From: an uncultured Candidatus Saccharibacteria bacterium
GTDB taxonomy: Bacteria > Patescibacteriota > Minisyncoccia > UBA6257 > UBA9933
Direction: 5' to 3'
Length of the DNA stretch: 64,000 bases
NCBI GenBank assembly: GCA_964642155.1
Contig: CAZXNT010000001.1
Location: forward strand, 65,238-129,237
This document shows, piece after piece, positions 1 through 9,248 of the stretch. The notes beneath the pieces were generated by a model. That model ran no database searches. It was not told where the DNA came from and saw only the letters and a list, made by a program, of their open reading frames with translations. A program made the translations under genes and the position numbers. The number at the start of each line of letters is the position of its first letter. The stretch's first letter is position 1.

Positions 1-882
1 CGTTTTATCCGTATCAGTCTGCGTTAAGTCTGTATTGGTCTGTGCTTCAACAAGTGGCGTAATAAGCCCGACATCGTAATGCACCACCCGTTCTTCCGAT
101 TCCTTTTCCAAACTTTCCGGCTCCTCTTTATCGCCGTACCCCACTTCCCCGATTACAGGCGCGGATTCTTTTCTCACAGCCGCTTCTTTGCCGTTCAAAA
201 ATCCAAACAATTCTCCAAGCGACTTCTTTTTCGTTTCTCCCAGTACTGTTTGCAATCCTTCTTCTTCGTGCAAAACAACCGGTTTATCCGCCATAGCTTC
301 AGCGACGGCGGACCCTTTTAAACTTTCAAACTCTGAAACTTTATCAATATCTTCAAAACCTTTTTCTTCCGCTTTCGGAACAATTAATTTTTCTTCTTCG
401 CCAACACCGACAATCCTCATTGGTTCCACTTCCGCCGGCTGAGCATATCTTACTTCTTTAGTGATTTTCACTCCGCCGGTTTCACGGCGAATATCTGTCA
501 CAACACTTTCTTCAATTTCCGGCGCCTGCGTTTCTTCTTCGGGTTTTTCAGATTCCAACGGCAACGCGTATGCCTTGTCAATTTCGCTTCTAATAGGCGC
601 GAAAATTTTCCGGTCAATTTCTTTGACAATCAAATCAATAATTTCAGAATGAATGCCCGTCGCTTCTTTAATTTCTTTCGCCAAATCTTCGGGATGAATA
701 AAGCCCATAGCCACAAAACCAGTTAATCCGGAAATTTTATCGCTTTTTTCGCCCATTACATGATTTTTCTTGCAAATTTCCAAAATCATCTTAGCTGTAT
801 CAAAAGAACATAAAATTTCCAATAAACGCATTGGTAAAACATTCCACCTATTTTCAATTTGTTGCTCAGTAATTTGAAACAT
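1..882 (-). CDS. Hypothetical protein, partial (runs off the window start)
   Basis: ATG at 882 (MFQITEQQIENRWNVLP...GFIHPEDLAKEI...), open frame toward position 1; absent from the ORF track because it is truncated. Confidence 0.75.
   Translation of the reverse strand, partial: MFQITEQQIENRWNVLPMRLLEILCSFDTAKMILEICKKNHVMGEKSDKISGLTGFVAMGFIHPEDLAKEIKEATGIHSEIIDLIVKEIDRKIFAPIRSEIDKAYALPLESEKPEEETQAPEIEESVVTDIRRETGGVKITKEVRYAQPAEVEPMRIVGVGEEEKLIVPKAEEKGFEDIDKVSEFESLKGSAVAEAMADKPVVLHEEEGLQTVLGETKKKSLGELFGFLNGKEAAVRKESAPVIGEVGYGDKEEPESLEKESEERVVHYDVGLITPLVEAQTNTDLTQTDTDKT
9..44 (-). repeat. 36-bp ACAGAC-periodic repeat, copy 1, in-frame in CDS
   Basis: Minus strand CACAGACCAATACAGACTTAACGCAGACTGATACGG matches 38794-38829 at 32/36. 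Confidence 0.8.
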
Positions 883-896
883 AAATTTTATTATTT

Positions 897-3137
897 TTAT
901 GGAGTGGGTGCGGTAGCCGCGGTAGCCATGGTTGAAGGCGCTCCTCCTTCAAATATTCTGAAATTTTTAAAAATAGTTTGGATGTCTTTTTTGTCGAGAT
1001 TGGGATTTGCGTTTTCAAAATCGGCTTGAAAATTATTTACTACTTTATAACCTCCCATATTGGGCAACATTGAAGAAATAATAGCAAAATTATGGCCGAG
1101 AGCGATGGAAATTTGTTTAGCTAATGATTTTTCATCGCTGTCCCTAATTCCCAAATTGCCATAAATTCTTTTAAGAGCTTTACCGATATCAGCGGCATCG
1201 GATTTTTTAAGCCCTCCATAAAATTTCTTCGCTGCGACTGCAAATTCTTTGCTATCTGTGCCATGTTCCTTACGTGCATTAACCATTTCATTTGATTCTC
1301 CTATTTTTTTCTCAACAGCATTAAAATCCATTTTACTTCTTGCATAAAGATTCTTTATTGAATCAGGTATAAGATTATTTTTCAGCCAATTATGTTTTGC
1401 TAGGTCGTCGTCCCTTATATCTTCATATTTACCAGTTCCCCTTTCTCCTACTTTAGTTTGAATTTTCCTTCCTGTTGGAACTTTTATTTTATTTCCTTTA
1501 TCATCAGTCAAATTCGATTCTCGCATCTCATCAGTCTCTTCCATTATAGGCTCCATTATTTCTTCTCTTCTTATTCCTCCAGGAATATTTACTTTGGGAA
1601 GATTATTTAATATATGCTCGCTTAATGCCACCTTCCGCCCGCCAGGCATCAACATACTATCACTTGATAATTGAGCCATTGTTTGAGCCATTGTTAATTT
1701 TGACACTTCACTCTTATATCTTTCAGGTTCTCTTTCAGCAGGAGCGGATAAATTTGCCAGAGTACGAGCTTTAAGTCCATAATAATATCTTCCGAGCATG
1801 CTCCTGGATTTATCAGAGGCCTTTTCAGACGCTTCTATTGATTTATCTCCCCACTTCGCCGCGCCTGCTAATCGACTATATCCACCACGAAGACCACCCA
1901 ATGTTTTCCTCCCCGCCCACGCGCCGGCGCCTTTGCCGGCTTTTTGCGCCAGATTCATTGCTATATTCGCTCCGACAATACCCATTAAATTTGCCACATA
2001 AAGTCCGCCCAACATAAAACCAATTAAAATTAACATACTGCCAACATTTTCTAAAAATCCTTGCTGTCTAAATGTTCCACTCAAAACTTTTTGGACGTCC
2101 GCTTCTTTGAGTATTGGCATAAACTCAATTGATTTAATTGATAAATACATAAAAAAAGACATTACTGGCATAAAAAAAGTCCATCGCAAAAAATTATCCC
2201 ACCACTTCTTCCATAAATGTTGCGTTGACGGTAAAATCCAACACAACCAAGCTAAAGGCGACAAAACCAAAATAAATCCCAATGCCACATATCTTATTAA
2301 AAGCATTACAAAAGTTGCGAGTAAGGTAAGAACTCCTAAAAAGCTGAAAATTACGGAAAAAAATAGACTAGCAATCATAGTTAAAAATTCTGTGCTTAAG
2401 TTATCAAAACCCCCTTTTTCTTTTGCTGCTGTAAGTGCTGTATTCAAGTCACATTTACATGTAAATTCCGCTAAAATTCCAGCTCGCCAAGTACTAGCTC
2501 TTTTTGTTGTACCTTCTTCTGCTCTTAAACATGCCCCATTTGTCGAATCTACAAAATTCTCTTCTATCCAATTACAATTTTCATCGCCAACATTCATCAA
2601 CCGTTGATTATTAAAAACTGACCCTAAAGTATCGGCTGCTGTTCGTGGACCTAATTTACTCGCGTCTTGAAAATATTTTGCCGTGATATCAGACACACTA
2701 ATAAACGCACCGGCAATCACCAAGCTAAAATTCACTAAAAGCGCGGTGACAATCAATTTCCAAAGAGTTTGTTTTATGGCGTAATTTTCCAAGCGAAAAA
2801 TTGTGGCAAAAGCGATAATAATAATCGCCAAAACAAAACCGAGATTAGCAAAATTTAAAACTATATCCCAACCAACTCTAACTGCTTGGTTATTTAAAAT
2901 CCCTTCGTTAAAACCTATCGCCCATTGCACTAAATATGCGCTGAGGGCAAAAAATACTCCTCCAATAAAACCGATTATATAATTTAAAATATATGTCGTG
3001 AATCCGATTGCGCCGCTTAAAATATAATCCATACCATCTGCATGCGCTTCTTCCGGAACAAGCACAACAATAATCGCAACTATTGCAATTAACACCGTCA
3101 ACCCTATTTTTTTATTTTTTAAAAAATAAAAAGTCAT
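897..3137 (-). CDS. VirB6/TrbL-like polytopic membrane protein (CPR type IV secretion-like)
   Basis: Multiple TM segments; GW.IV..ANLGFVL..I.IAFATI, LI..ALLVNFSL and R...L..IL.LSPLAW..WILP...W..WW..F patterns. Confidence 0.7.
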   Translation of the reverse strand: MTFYFLKNKKIGLTVLIAIVAIIVVLVPEEAHADGMDYILSGAIGFTTYILNYIIGFIGGVFFALSAYLVQWAIGFNEGILNNQAVRVGWDIVLNFANLGFVLAIIIIAFATIFRLENYAIKQTLWKLIVTALLVNFSLVIAGAFISVSDITAKYFQDASKLGPRTAADTLGSVFNNQRLMNVGDENCNWIEENFVDSTNGACLRAEEGTTKRASTWRAGILAEFTCKCDLNTALTAAKEKGGFDNLSTEFLTMIASLFFSVIFSFLGVLTLLATFVMLLIRYVALGFILVLSPLAWLCWILPSTQHLWKKWWDNFLRWTFFMPVMSFFMYLSIKSIEFMPILKEADVQKVLSGTFRQQGFLENVGSMLILIGFMLGGLYVANLMGIVGANIAMNLAQKAGKGAGAWAGRKTLGGLRGGYSRLAGAAKWGDKSIEASEKASDKSRSMLGRYYYGLKARTLANLSAPAEREPERYKSEVSKLTMAQTMAQLSSDSMLMPGGRKVALSEHILNNLPKVNIPGGIRREEIMEPIMEETDEMRESNLTDDKGNKIKVPTGRKIQTKVGERGTGKYEDIRDDDLAKHNWLKNNLIPDSIKNLYARSKMDFNAVEKKIGESNEMVNARKEHGTDSKEFAVAAKKFYGGLKKSDAADIGKALKRIYGNLGIRDSDEKSLAKQISIALGHNFAIISSMLPNMGGYKVVNNFQADFENANPNLDKKDIQTIFKNFRIFEGGAPSTMATAATAPTP

Positions 3138-5047
3138 TGCAATATTATGTTATCGCTGAATGTGTTTGAATAAGCGTTTGCCGCGTTGCGGAACCTCACA
3201 TAAACCGTTTTTAATCCGGCTCCGGCCGTTAAGGTCCAATTTCTCGTCGTTGAATAAGCTTCCCAAAAAGAGTTAAAGAAAACTATATCATTGGAAATCA
3301 TCATTTCCGTAACATTAACTATCCCGGAAGTGCTGGAAGCGGCGTTTAATCTTAATACTATATTGACATCCGTGGTTGTGTCCGCTCCGTCATTTATCGC
3401 AATCGGAGCGCTGCAAACCGCCAATCTTGCTGAAACAGCGCTGTTTTGAGCAATCGCGGCATCTAATCTGGCTTGCGCGTCTCTTATCGGGTCGTAAGTT
3501 GGATTAGTAATTTGTCTATTGGTCATATTCTGATTGCTTCTATTTATAAACTCGTTATAACGTTCTAAAATTACCGACCATGCCGCCGTGTCTGACGGGC
3601 TAGTCGCTCTAATGTCATTAATCAGCTGGTCGGCTTCCGATTGAGCGTCGCCTTGAGCCAAAAGATTGTCCACTTCGCTTTGAGCTGTTGCGATTTCATT
3701 CGCGCCGACTGAACATCCGCGAGATTGCATATCTTGAAACATCGCGAGTGTTGAACTTGCGTAAACTAATGTTTCTTGAGTTATGGATGACGTATCAACG
3801 CCTATGCCATTAGCCGCCGCCCTTCTAACTTCACCAATCATCATTTCTTTATCTTGCCCCTGCTCGCTCGCCCTCATATCGGCATATTCTTCGGGATAAT
3901 AATCCGGTTCCGCGTCCTTGTCCGATTCTTTCATTTCAGATAAACCTTTTTCCAATAACCGGTTAATCACTGCGTTAACCAAAGCCGAAACCCAAGAGCT
4001 GATATTGGCGGCCCATGCCGAATCGGTTGTAATGGCGCTGCCAACCGCGTCGCCAACAAGAGCGCCGGGCGTGGTTGTTTCCATATTCTTCGGGTCGCAA
4101 TACGCTCCGGTTGTGTCTTGTTTATAACCTTTATCACCCATCTCTTTATCAAATTGACCCCTTTTTTCTACACCCTTATCACTTTGCTCCCAATCTTTCA
4201 CGCATTTATTATAATCATCCTGCTTTTTTTTCACCGTTGCCTCATCATCAGTTCCCTTAAAAATTGGACTAGCGCACGCAGAATCAGAGTTTGCAGTAGC
4301 ATCCCAAGTAGTTCCCCCTCCTCCAGGTTGAACCTTGCCTTTATAATCCTTAGAAAATTCTGCCTCTTCTGCCGTCTTTTTACACCTTTCCACTCCTAAA
4401 AATCCTTTGCCTGACAACGCTTTTTGGCCGGCGACTTGAACTGCTTTGGCTTGTTTAAGCATTTTTTCGTCTTGTATCATCAGTGCCGCGCCGAAAAAAT
4501 TATTTTGCGGCTCCCAACTCGCCAAATATCCCTCCCAACCACCGACTGAAAAATCAACATAAAAATCCTTAATGTTTTTCACGGCTTTATCCAAGGTGCA
4601 AGAAACTCTCTGGCTGAATTTCGGCACCGGCAAAAACGCCAATTTCAATTGCAAACCGAACGGCGAACAAAGGTCCGCCAAAAGAAGGTCTCTTGATATG
4701 GATTCAAAAGCAATATCGCCGGCGTCTTTCAAAAATCCGTCCCAATCGGTTATAAATTTCGGGTCGCCGCCGCCCTGAACCCATTTGACGGTTTGGTCAA
4801 CGATATAATCTATAATGCGTTTAGCAACGATATCGCGCATCACTTCTTTCCAATTTGTTTTTATCCATTCAAATATACTTCTCCCTAACTTTCCAGCAAG
4901 TATTAGGAAATCAGTAACTATGTTTGAAAATGCCGCTTCCGCCTTATTAGGAGTCAATTTAAAAAATCCGGTTCTTAAAAATCCCGGGGAATTAAAAACC
5001 AGCAGAAAAATAATTAGAAAAATTATTGTTTTAGAAAAAAAGTTCAT
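3134..5047 (-). CDS. Secreted/membrane protein co-transcribed with the VirB6-like gene, with a C-terminal beta-sandwich domain
   Basis: 637-aa ORF, signal peptide, Cys-containing conserved core, ATGA overlaps on both sides, C-terminal W.L..G.G.KTVYVRF motif. Confidence 0.7.
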   Translation of the reverse strand: MNFFSKTIIFLIIFLLVFNSPGFLRTGFFKLTPNKAEAAFSNIVTDFLILAGKLGRSIFEWIKTNWKEVMRDIVAKRIIDYIVDQTVKWVQGGGDPKFITDWDGFLKDAGDIAFESISRDLLLADLCSPFGLQLKLAFLPVPKFSQRVSCTLDKAVKNIKDFYVDFSVGGWEGYLASWEPQNNFFGAALMIQDEKMLKQAKAVQVAGQKALSGKGFLGVERCKKTAEEAEFSKDYKGKVQPGGGGTTWDATANSDSACASPIFKGTDDEATVKKKQDDYNKCVKDWEQSDKGVEKRGQFDKEMGDKGYKQDTTGAYCDPKNMETTTPGALVGDAVGSAITTDSAWAANISSWVSALVNAVINRLLEKGLSEMKESDKDAEPDYYPEEYADMRASEQGQDKEMMIGEVRRAAANGIGVDTSSITQETLVYASSTLAMFQDMQSRGCSVGANEIATAQSEVDNLLAQGDAQSEADQLINDIRATSPSDTAAWSVILERYNEFINRSNQNMTNRQITNPTYDPIRDAQARLDAAIAQNSAVSARLAVCSAPIAINDGADTTTDVNIVLRLNAASSTSGIVNVTEMMISNDIVFFNSFWEAYSTTRNWTLTAGAGLKTVYVRFRNAANAYSNTFSDNIILQ

Positions 5048-5883
5048 TTGATTTCCAACGCTTTTTCTTTATATTCTTGTTGAATTTTAAATTCCTCGTC
5101 AACCATATCAGGAATCATCTGCACTAATAAATCCGCTCTTATCGGGTCTTGCTTAAAAACCGTTATTCCCCGATATAAATTTTCAAATTTTTTAAACAGA
5201 ACCAAATATCTTTTATGAAGAGCAAGCCAATCAGAAGGAACCTCCGTATTTAAAAACCCGTTGAACATATTTTGATAAGTGTCGGCAAGATTATTGGCTT
5301 TGGAAATATCTCCGACAATCAAACTCTCTAAAACTTTAATCGGATTTTTATAAAGATTGTTTGAATTATTATAAATTATATTGATGGTCGCTTCAAGATA
5401 AATCATCTTCTTTTGGGAAGAATTATCGGAAGAAATTTTTAAATCTTTGTCGCTAATGGAATAATTTTCCAACAAAAGCGACGGGTCGCTGATTTTGGCG
5501 AGCGTTTGCTTAATCAACTCCTGTCCTTCCTGGCTTTGCGGGTCAAAACCGCTTGAAGGGTCAATACCCCTTTGGTCTAAATCTTTCATTTGCGTAAACA
5601 TTGATTGAGCGACAAATTCCGTTAAATTAATCTGATCGGCAACTTGGCTATTATTTAAATTTTCCGCCTGCCTGCTGGTAGGTATGGCCTTAATTTTTTG
5701 AAAATTATCTTTCACCCATTGAAGCGGATTCTTGCCGACCAAATCAACAAAATTTCCGGAAAAACCGTCCTTTGATTTCGCGCCGTCCGGTTTAATTCCG
5801 GCGCCGGATTTAACAATAAAATACGCTCCGACCAAACCGGCAATAATGATAAAAACCGCTTTTGCGGAAATAAATTTTTTCAT
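5044..5883 (-). CDS. Membrane-anchored hypothetical protein
   Basis: Likely start MKKFISAK at 5883 (the longer ORF overlaps the divergent gene); N-terminal TM. Confidence 0.7.
   Translation of the reverse strand: MKKFISAKAVFIIIAGLVGAYFIVKSGAGIKPDGAKSKDGFSGNFVDLVGKNPLQWVKDNFQKIKAIPTSRQAENLNNSQVADQINLTEFVAQSMFTQMKDLDQRGIDPSSGFDPQSQEGQELIKQTLAKISDPSLLLENYSISDKDLKISSDNSSQKKMIYLEATINIIYNNSNNLYKNPIKVLESLIVGDISKANNLADTYQNMFNGFLNTEVPSDWLALHKRYLVLFKKFENLYRGITVFKQDPIRADLLVQMIPDMVDEEFKIQQEYKEKALEIK
5667..5687. repeat. CCTGCCTGCCGGCAGGCAGG-type 21-bp palindrome, in-frame
   Basis: cctgcctgctggtaggtatgg; related copies at 32174-32194 and 33398-33418. Confidence 0.55.
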
Positions 5884-5995
5884 TTTTATAACATAATAAT
5901 AATATAAAAAGCTATTTAAAGCAATGAAAAAAAGTGTTAAATATTGGATTGACATTGAATTGGACGCTGATATAATTTTATAAACATTCACAAAC

Positions 5996-7477
5996 ATGCC
6001 ATTAATAATAAAAATTTTAATCCCAGGTATAATTATAGCGGTGATAGCCGCCGGTGGCGTAATAGTTTGGAAAATGTCGTCGCAACCGACTCCGGATTTG
6101 ACGGCCGTGGCGGTTCTTAAAGCGAACGATATTGACAATTCAATCGCCGTCCCTTTTGCAACGCCCGTGGTTCTAAGTTGGGAATCCAAGAATGTCGGCG
6201 ACTGCCTTATTTCCGGCGATTGGTATAGTCCGGTTTCAAATTCCGGCTTTCAATCTGTCGGCGAAATTAAAAAATCAACAAATTATGTTTTGGTCTGCGT
6301 TGACAACGAAGGCAAGGATGTTTCCGATTCAATTGCCGTTAATATTGACGAGAAAACAATTCCTCAAAACGTTTTACTCACGGATTTGTTTAAAGATTTC
6401 CGATATCTCTGGAAAAAAGAACTTTGCTTGGGATTAACAAACGACCCCGATGTCGTGGCTTTGCAAACCGCCTTATTTTTTGAAGGCATACTTTCTCCTC
6501 AGGAAAAAATCACCGGAAATTACGATAACGACACCTTTTTGGCCGTTAAAAAATTCCAGGAAAATTACGGCATTGTTCCGCAAACCGGCTGTGTCGGTCC
6601 TCAAACAATAGCGAAATTGAACGCGCTTTTTTATTATTATAATTACAGCGACCAGTCCGCCTTCCAAGAATTGAGTCAAAAACAAATAACAACAACTCAA
6701 CAAAAAATATCTTTATATCAACAAACAAAAAGCGCGCCGGCAACGGTTCCCGCAACTCCCATTGTTCCCGCCCCCACTCTAACTCCCACCTCAACTCAAA
6801 TTCGTCCGCCGATAACCGCCCCGACGACTCCAACAATAACTACCCCCACTGCAAGACCTATTGTTGACCTGAAAGTTAATGGTTTAAGTCGCAGCACAAC
6901 CAGCGTCAAAAAAGGAGAAACTGTTACCCTTACTTGGACGTCAAAAAACGTGAAATCTTGCGTTGCTTCCGGAAGTTGGACGGGAACAAAACTGATTTCA
7001 AACACAACCGGAGAAAAAACAGAACCCATTAATAAATATTCCACTTTTAAATTAACTTGCGAAGGAGAAAATAACCAAAACGCCGCTGATTCGGTTTATG
7101 TGAGCATACCTTATGTTTATACCCCATCAACAACTGAAACTGAAAAAGCTCCTGTTATTGATAAAATAGAACCATATGCGGTTGTTCTTAATCCCGTTTC
7201 TCAATTATATGATGGAACAATAAAGATTATAGGGTCTGGATTTTCTCCTGGCTCAATAATTCATTTTGCAGGAAGAGATATAACTCCTGGCCAAGGTTCA
7301 ACAGAAAACACTTTAAAATTTAGCTTACCATTTTTTCTCCAACATGGGGAAATTGCCAACCCTAAATGTCCTTTAAATTATCAGTATCATGAAATAACAG
7401 TTGAAGAAGGTGGACTTATGGGTGAAGATGGACTCATTAGTAATAAAGAAACTTTTTGTATTTATTTTGGTAATTAA
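5996..7477 (+). CDS. Surface protein with peptidoglycan-binding domain, Pro/Thr linker and Ig-like domains
   Basis: N-terminal TM; DVVALQ..L...TG.Y...T..AVKKFQ..YGI..TG.VGP.T..KLN PG-binding motif; repeated L.W.S.NV..C..SG.W modules. Confidence 0.8.
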   Translation: MPLIIKILIPGIIIAVIAAGGVIVWKMSSQPTPDLTAVAVLKANDIDNSIAVPFATPVVLSWESKNVGDCLISGDWYSPVSNSGFQSVGEIKKSTNYVLVCVDNEGKDVSDSIAVNIDEKTIPQNVLLTDLFKDFRYLWKKELCLGLTNDPDVVALQTALFFEGILSPQEKITGNYDNDTFLAVKKFQENYGIVPQTGCVGPQTIAKLNALFYYYNYSDQSAFQELSQKQITTTQQKISLYQQTKSAPATVPATPIVPAPTLTPTSTQIRPPITAPTTPTITTPTARPIVDLKVNGLSRSTTSVKKGETVTLTWTSKNVKSCVASGSWTGTKLISNTTGEKTEPINKYSTFKLTCEGENNQNAADSVYVSIPYVYTPSTTETEKAPVIDKIEPYAVVLNPVSQLYDGTIKIIGSGFSPGSIIHFAGRDITPGQGSTENTLKFSLPFFLQHGEIANPKCPLNYQYHEITVEEGGLMGEDGLISNKETFCIYFGN

Positions 7478-7478
7478 T

Positions 7479-8480
7479 TCAGCTATTAGATAAAGCGATG
7501 ATTCGCTCAACGCTCAAATTCTGCGGCCTCGCATTCGGCTCAACACCGATTAATTTTAATTTTTCAATAATTTCTTCTTTGATTTTTGTCTTATTTATAA
7601 TTTGTGGTTCATTTTTATTACATTGTGCCTGCGATAGCAGATCTAATGTAATATTATTTTTATTTACTTTATCTCCCGCTATCCTATCGGATAGCGTGCT
7701 ATCCGATAGGATAGCTGTATTTTTGCCCGCAATTTCTGACATTAAATTATTTACAATCGTCTTCCTCGGCTGTTTAAAAAGAATTTTGATAAATTTATAA
7801 TATTTCTCATTATTACATTTCAACCGCGATAGCAGTTGAAATGTAACCGGCGTTAATTTAATAATCGCGCTATCCACTTTCGGCGCCGGTTTAAAATCAT
7901 TACGCGACACATAACCGATAATTTTCGGCTCAGCCCAAATCTGAACGCTAGCTGCCAATAAATTAATTTGCGGCGACTTGGCGCAAACGCGCTCCGCCAC
8001 TTCTTTTTGAATTAATAAAACAATTAATTCCGGCTTGCCTGCCCCGCTGTGCCCCGTAGTGAGTTTTGCTCTACTACTGGTGTAAGAAGCTTGCTTTTCT
8101 TCAGAGTACTCCAACCCGCCCAAAATCCTGAATAAATAACCAGTTATGTAATAGGGGATATTACCAACGATTTTATAATTCTTAATTCTGAATTCTGAAT
8201 TCTGAATTAAACGCGGAAGCACTTTCAATGCGTCACCTTCAATAATTTCTATATTTTTATCTCCCTTAAATTTTTCTTTAAAATCTTCGGCTAATTTCTT
8301 ATCTTTCTCAATCGCAATAATTCTACATTCTGAATTCTGCATTCTTAATTCTTTAGTAAGTTCCCCATGCCCGGGCCCAATTTCAATCACAACATCGCCG
8401 TCTTTCAATTCCAACGCTTCAACAATTTTCCGCAATTTCTCCTTATTTTTCAAAAAATACTGTCCAAGATAATTTCCCAT
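7479..8480 (-). CDS. rsmA: 16S rRNA m6,2A dimethyltransferase RsmA/KsgA with several in-frame repeat insertions
   Basis: LGQYFL, VIEIGPGHGELT, VGNIPYYIT, QKEVAER and F.P.PKVDSA motifs. Confidence 0.95.
   Translation of the reverse strand: MGNYLGQYFLKNKEKLRKIVEALELKDGDVVIEIGPGHGELTKELRMQNSECRIIAIEKDKKLAEDFKEKFKGDKNIEIIEGDALKVLPRLIQNSEFRIKNYKIVGNIPYYITGYLFRILGGLEYSEEKQASYTSSRAKLTTGHSGAGKPELIVLLIQKEVAERVCAKSPQINLLAASVQIWAEPKIIGYVSRNDFKPAPKVDSAIIKLTPVTFQLLSRLKCNNEKYYKFIKILFKQPRKTIVNNLMSEIAGKNTAILSDSTLSDRIAGDKVNKNNITLDLLSQAQCNKNEPQIINKTKIKEEIIEKLKLIGVEPNARPQNLSVERIIALSNS
7618..7651 (+). repeat. 34-bp TTACATT-GCGATAGC-AATGTAA palindrome, in-frame in rsmA
   Basis: ttacattgtgcc tgcgatagca gatctaatgtaa. 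Confidence 0.85.
7678..7715. repeat. Perfect 18-bp-arm palindrome, in-frame in rsmA
   Basis: gctatcctatcggatagc gt gctatccgataggatagc. Confidence 0.9.
7813..7846 (+). repeat. 34-bp palindrome, in-frame in rsmA, identical to 8515-8548
   Basis: ttacatttcaac cgcgatagca gttgaaatgtaa. Confidence 0.95.
8177..8208. repeat. AATTCTG heptamer tandem repeat in rsmA
   Basis: Encodes IQNSEFRIKN; similar arrays at 8319-8353 and 43820-43858. Confidence 0.85.
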
Positions 8481-8514
8481 TAATATCTATCATATCTATA
8501 AATATTTCATCAAA

Positions 8515-8548
8515 TTACATTTCAACCGCGATAGCAGTTGAAATGTAA
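8515..8548 (+). repeat. 34-bp palindrome downstream of the PaaX-like gene
   Basis: Perfect arms extend to 15 bp (8512-8526 / 8537-8551). Confidence 0.95.
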
Positions 8549-8581
8549 TTTAAATTTATAATTTATATTATATAATTTGAT

Positions 8582-9193
8582 TTAATTAAATTCAGAAAAA
8601 ATTTTTTCGTCATCTATTTCGCCAACAGTTATAATTCTAATATGATTTTTTAATTTTTTATTAATAATTTCTTTATATAATTCTTTTGATAACGGCCATT
8701 TGCCGATAAAAACGCTTTTTTGAAACGGCCGATATCCCAACCCAAATAATTTGAATCGCAACCATTCTCTTTCTTTTTTTATTTTTTCCGGAATATCAAA
8801 CATTACAATTCTCCATTTTCCATCCCATTCTTTTTTTTTATTATTTTGTTGAATTTTTTTAAAATATTTTAATCCCAATAAAGTCAATTTATATTGTTCA
8901 TCATTTTTTTCAATTAATCCTTTTTGTTGTAAACGATATAAAATAACTTTTGCGTTATTCTTTTTTAAATTTTTAAGAAATTCTTTAATCTCAATATAAT
9001 CGGAAATAAAATCTCTACTATTCCTCATCCCAAAATCAAAAGCTCCGCCCACTCCCATTCTATTACTCATTAATATTCCTTCTCCTGTTTTAATAATTCC
9101 TTGCCCAATTCCAAAAATAACTGCCAAACTTGCCGCTCCTAAACTATATGGTAAATCTTTAAATTGTTCTTTAATTCTTTTTCCTCCTTTCAT
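8582..9193 (-). CDS. PaaX-like protein: winged HTH plus Cas2-like (PaaX central) domain
   Basis: LYRLQQKGLI...Y.LT..G wHTH; WDGKWRIVMFDIPE...R.WLR..L..LG...QKSVFI signature. Confidence 0.85.
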   Translation of the reverse strand: MKGGKRIKEQFKDLPYSLGAASLAVIFGIGQGIIKTGEGILMSNRMGVGGAFDFGMRNSRDFISDYIEIKEFLKNLKKNNAKVILYRLQQKGLIEKNDEQYKLTLLGLKYFKKIQQNNKKKEWDGKWRIVMFDIPEKIKKEREWLRFKLFGLGYRPFQKSVFIGKWPLSKELYKEIINKKLKNHIRIITVGEIDDEKIFSEFN

Positions 9194-9205
9194 CTTTCTA
9201 TTTTA

Positions 9206-9239
9206 TTACATTTCAACCGCGATAGCAATTGAAATGTAA
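9206..9239 (+). repeat. 34-bp palindrome upstream of the PaaX-like gene
   Basis: One mismatch to 8515-8548, same orientation. Confidence 0.95.
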
Positions 9240-9248
9240 CCAAGTAAA

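Noticed and set aside
7618-9239. CRISPR array plus cas2
   Set aside because: The 34-bp repeats are separated by 161-668 bp of ordinary coding sequence, no other cas genes are present, and the protein is PaaX-like with a wHTH
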